From: an uncultured Burkholderiales bacterium
Lineage (GTDB): Bacteria > Pseudomonadota > Gammaproteobacteria > Burkholderiales > Eutrophovitaceae
Assembly (NCBI GenBank): GCA_965661885.1
Contig: CBFIFN010000002.1
Span: 1 to 50,920 of the forward strand
Direction of reading: 5' to 3'
DNA length: 50,920 bases
The translations under genes and the position numbers were made by a program. Positions 49,294 to 50,920 of the stretch are shown here, piece by piece (position 1 is the stretch's first letter; every line of letters begins with the position of its first letter). Below the pieces are notes generated by a model that was given only the letters and a program-made list of their open reading frames with translations, had not been told where the DNA came from and did not search any database.

Positions 49294-49500
49294 TAATATC
49301 CTCCTGAATAAAGTATTTAATACACGCTCAAACTATAACTCTAAGTATGAACTAAAACACTAGTCCGCCACTAAAGTCACAAAATTGCCACGAGTGACAT
49401 TCATTTGCCTCATCTCCTACCCCCTCTCCCACATATTTGCTCGATTTAATAGTGCTGTACGAGGTAAACACCGCACAACTAAACTAATCAGGAGAGAGAT

Positions 49501-50920
49501 ATGCAATCACCCTCGAGCGGCTCTTGGAGATACGCGCAAATACCAATAAAGACAATAATTACGGATGCATTGAAGGGCCTTTTTATTAGTGTTGGTATCG
49601 GTCTTACTGCCGCCACTTTTCTGTTCGCAACCGCTTTAGCGATAACGCTCATTGCTGGAACAGCGAACGCAGAAGAGTTGAACGATATACAGAGGACATC
49701 AAGTGGTAGCTTGCTCGTTAAAAATGCGCAAACCGGAGAGTACACGCCGACTCCAACGTTAGCGACTGAGGTGGAGATCGATGTCTCAGGTATGTTGTCT
49801 AGAACGAAAGTAAGCCAGAAATTCCAAAACAACTCTAAAGAGTGGGTGGAGGGAATTTACGTTTTTCCCTTGCCGGATAATGCCGCCGTTGATCACCTGA
49901 GAATGCGAATTGGAAGTCGCATCATTGAAGGCCAAATAAAAGAAAAAAAAGTGGCGAAAAAAATGTTCCATGAGGCGAGAAAATCTGGCAACAAGGCAAC
50001 ACTCATTGAGCAAGAACGTTCCAACATATTCACGACAAGTCTCACTAACATTGCACCCGGCGAGTCCATTACCGTCGAAATTGAGTATCAAAATACCCTT
50101 GACTACCGGGAAGGAATCGTCCGTCTGAGATTCCCATTAGTAGTTGCCCCAAGATATATTTCTGGTCGAGATTATGAAGACCTTAATGCCCCTCAAAAAG
50201 ACCGTAATAACGCAGAAGACGCAAACAGAATTTCACCACCGGTCATTGATGAGTTCGAAACTAAGCGTAATTTCGTGAACTTGTCGATCAATCTCGACGC
50301 AGGGTTCACCATTGCTAATATCCAGAGCACTAACCACGTTATCAAAAAACATAAAATAACTGATCGAAAATATACAATTCGACTCGCCTCTGGAAGCGTT
50401 CCTGCTGACCGTGACTTTGAAGTAACGTGGCGCTCCGCACCCAATGCGATGCCAAGTAGTGCGGTTTACACCGAAATCAAAGGAGATAAACATTTCTCTT
50501 TGATCACTTTGTTTCCACCGACTGTACAAACTGAGCCCGATGTCAGACTACCCCGTGATGTCGTCTTTGTGGTTGATACGTCTGGCTCCATGCATGGCTC
50601 GTCACTTGATCAAGCTAAAAGCGCATTAACAATGGCGGTAAGGCGTCTCGCCAAAAATGATCGCTTCAACATTATTCAATTTGACGATCAAACTAGAGCA
50701 CTATTTGATCATGAAAGACCTGCTTCCAATAAAAACTTAAAAGTCGCCTGCCAATATATAAAAGCGTTAACGGCGGATGGTGGCACCGAGCTCGCACCCG
50801 CTCTCAGTGTGGCATTGAATGACGAGGCAAAAACAGGGCGTATTCGTCAAATTGTTTTCATCACTGATGGCAGCATTGGCAATGAGGATCAAATTTTTTC
50901 TATGATCAAATCACGATTAG
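49501..50920 (+). CDS. Secreted VIT plus von Willebrand A domain protein, 5' partial (runs off the window); probable sortase target protein
   Basis: Hand translation from the ATG at 49501 (SD GGAGAGAG) is open for 473 codons to the window end. Signal peptide ...LIAGTANA|EE. A VIT-like region (EVEIDVSGMLSRTKVSQKFQN...VFPLPDNAAVDHLRMRIG...). vWA MIDAS residues DTSGSM, ADGGTEL and FITDGS. It is absent from the ORF track because there is no stop codon. Confidence 0.9.
   Translation, partial: MQSPSSGSWRYAQIPIKTIITDALKGLFISVGIGLTAATFLFATALAITLIAGTANAEELNDIQRTSSGSLLVKNAQTGEYTPTPTLATEVEIDVSGMLSRTKVSQKFQNNSKEWVEGIYVFPLPDNAAVDHLRMRIGSRIIEGQIKEKKVAKKMFHEARKSGNKATLIEQERSNIFTTSLTNIAPGESITVEIEYQNTLDYREGIVRLRFPLVVAPRYISGRDYEDLNAPQKDRNNAEDANRISPPVIDEFETKRNFVNLSINLDAGFTIANIQSTNHVIKKHKITDRKYTIRLASGSVPADRDFEVTWRSAPNAMPSSAVYTEIKGDKHFSLITLFPPTVQTEPDVRLPRDVVFVVDTSGSMHGSSLDQAKSALTMAVRRLAKNDRFNIIQFDDQTRALFDHERPASNKNLKVACQYIKALTADGGTELAPALSVALNDEAKTGRIRQIVFITDGSIGNEDQIFSMIKSRL

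Noticed and set aside
49488-50529. Four minus-strand ORFs in the track (49488-49832, 49786-50091, 50193-50444, 50233-50529)
   Set aside because: All lie antisense to the long open VIT-vWA reading frame starting at 49501. That frame has clear domain motifs and an SD. The antisense products are low-complexity and motif-free.
1-50920. Defence systems, CRISPR arrays, prophage or integrative elements, toxin-antitoxin pairs
   Set aside because: I looked for them along the whole window. I found no repeat arrays, integrase, transposase or recombinase motifs, nuclease/ATPase defence-like pairs, or small adjacent two-gene cassettes.

Overview
This 50.9-kb window is very densely coded (I estimate over 90%) and moderately AT-rich. 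It looks like chromosomal DNA from a marine Gamma- or Betaproteobacterium; I cannot place it more precisely. I saw no rRNA, tRNA, CRISPR array, transposase, integrase or phage gene.

Most of the window is housekeeping:
- tolC and folD.
- ispF-ispD, divergent from mfd.
- A roughly 9.8-kb minus-strand array: trmJ, cysE, iscR, a class-I cysteine desulfurase, sufA, sufBCDS, sufU, nfu and a Rieske ferredoxin.
- suhB, mutS, selO and mltB.
- A complete ccmABCDEFGHI cytochrome c maturation operon. This includes a 40-aa ccmD that is absent from the ORF track.

Two stretches look accessory:
- (A) 2385-14984. An orphan cytoplasmic molybdopterin oxidoreductase is followed by nine tightly packed plus-strand genes: a VOC protein, a PaaG-like enoyl-CoA hydratase, an outer membrane factor (OMF) lipoprotein, a MacA-like adaptor, an ABC ATPase, an FtsX/MacB-type permease, a PaaH-like 3-hydroxyacyl-CoA dehydrogenase, a 694-aa secreted protein of unknown function and an MsAcT-like SGNH hydrolase.
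- (B) 43195-50920. This holds an HCCA-isomerase/DsbA-like protein, an atypical SDR, an aminotransferase and a small two-TM protein. It ends with what I read as a proteobacterial dedicated sortase (Psd) locus: a large-sensor histidine kinase and an OmpR-type regulator, divergent from a VIT-vWA secreted protein. That last ORF is open at the window edge and so is missing from the supplied track.

The Psd locus and the composite acyl-CoA/efflux/secreted-hydrolase array are the best candidates for poorly understood biology. Neither can be shown to be novel from sequence alone.

All product calls come from motif-level reading of the supplied translations. No database search was run.
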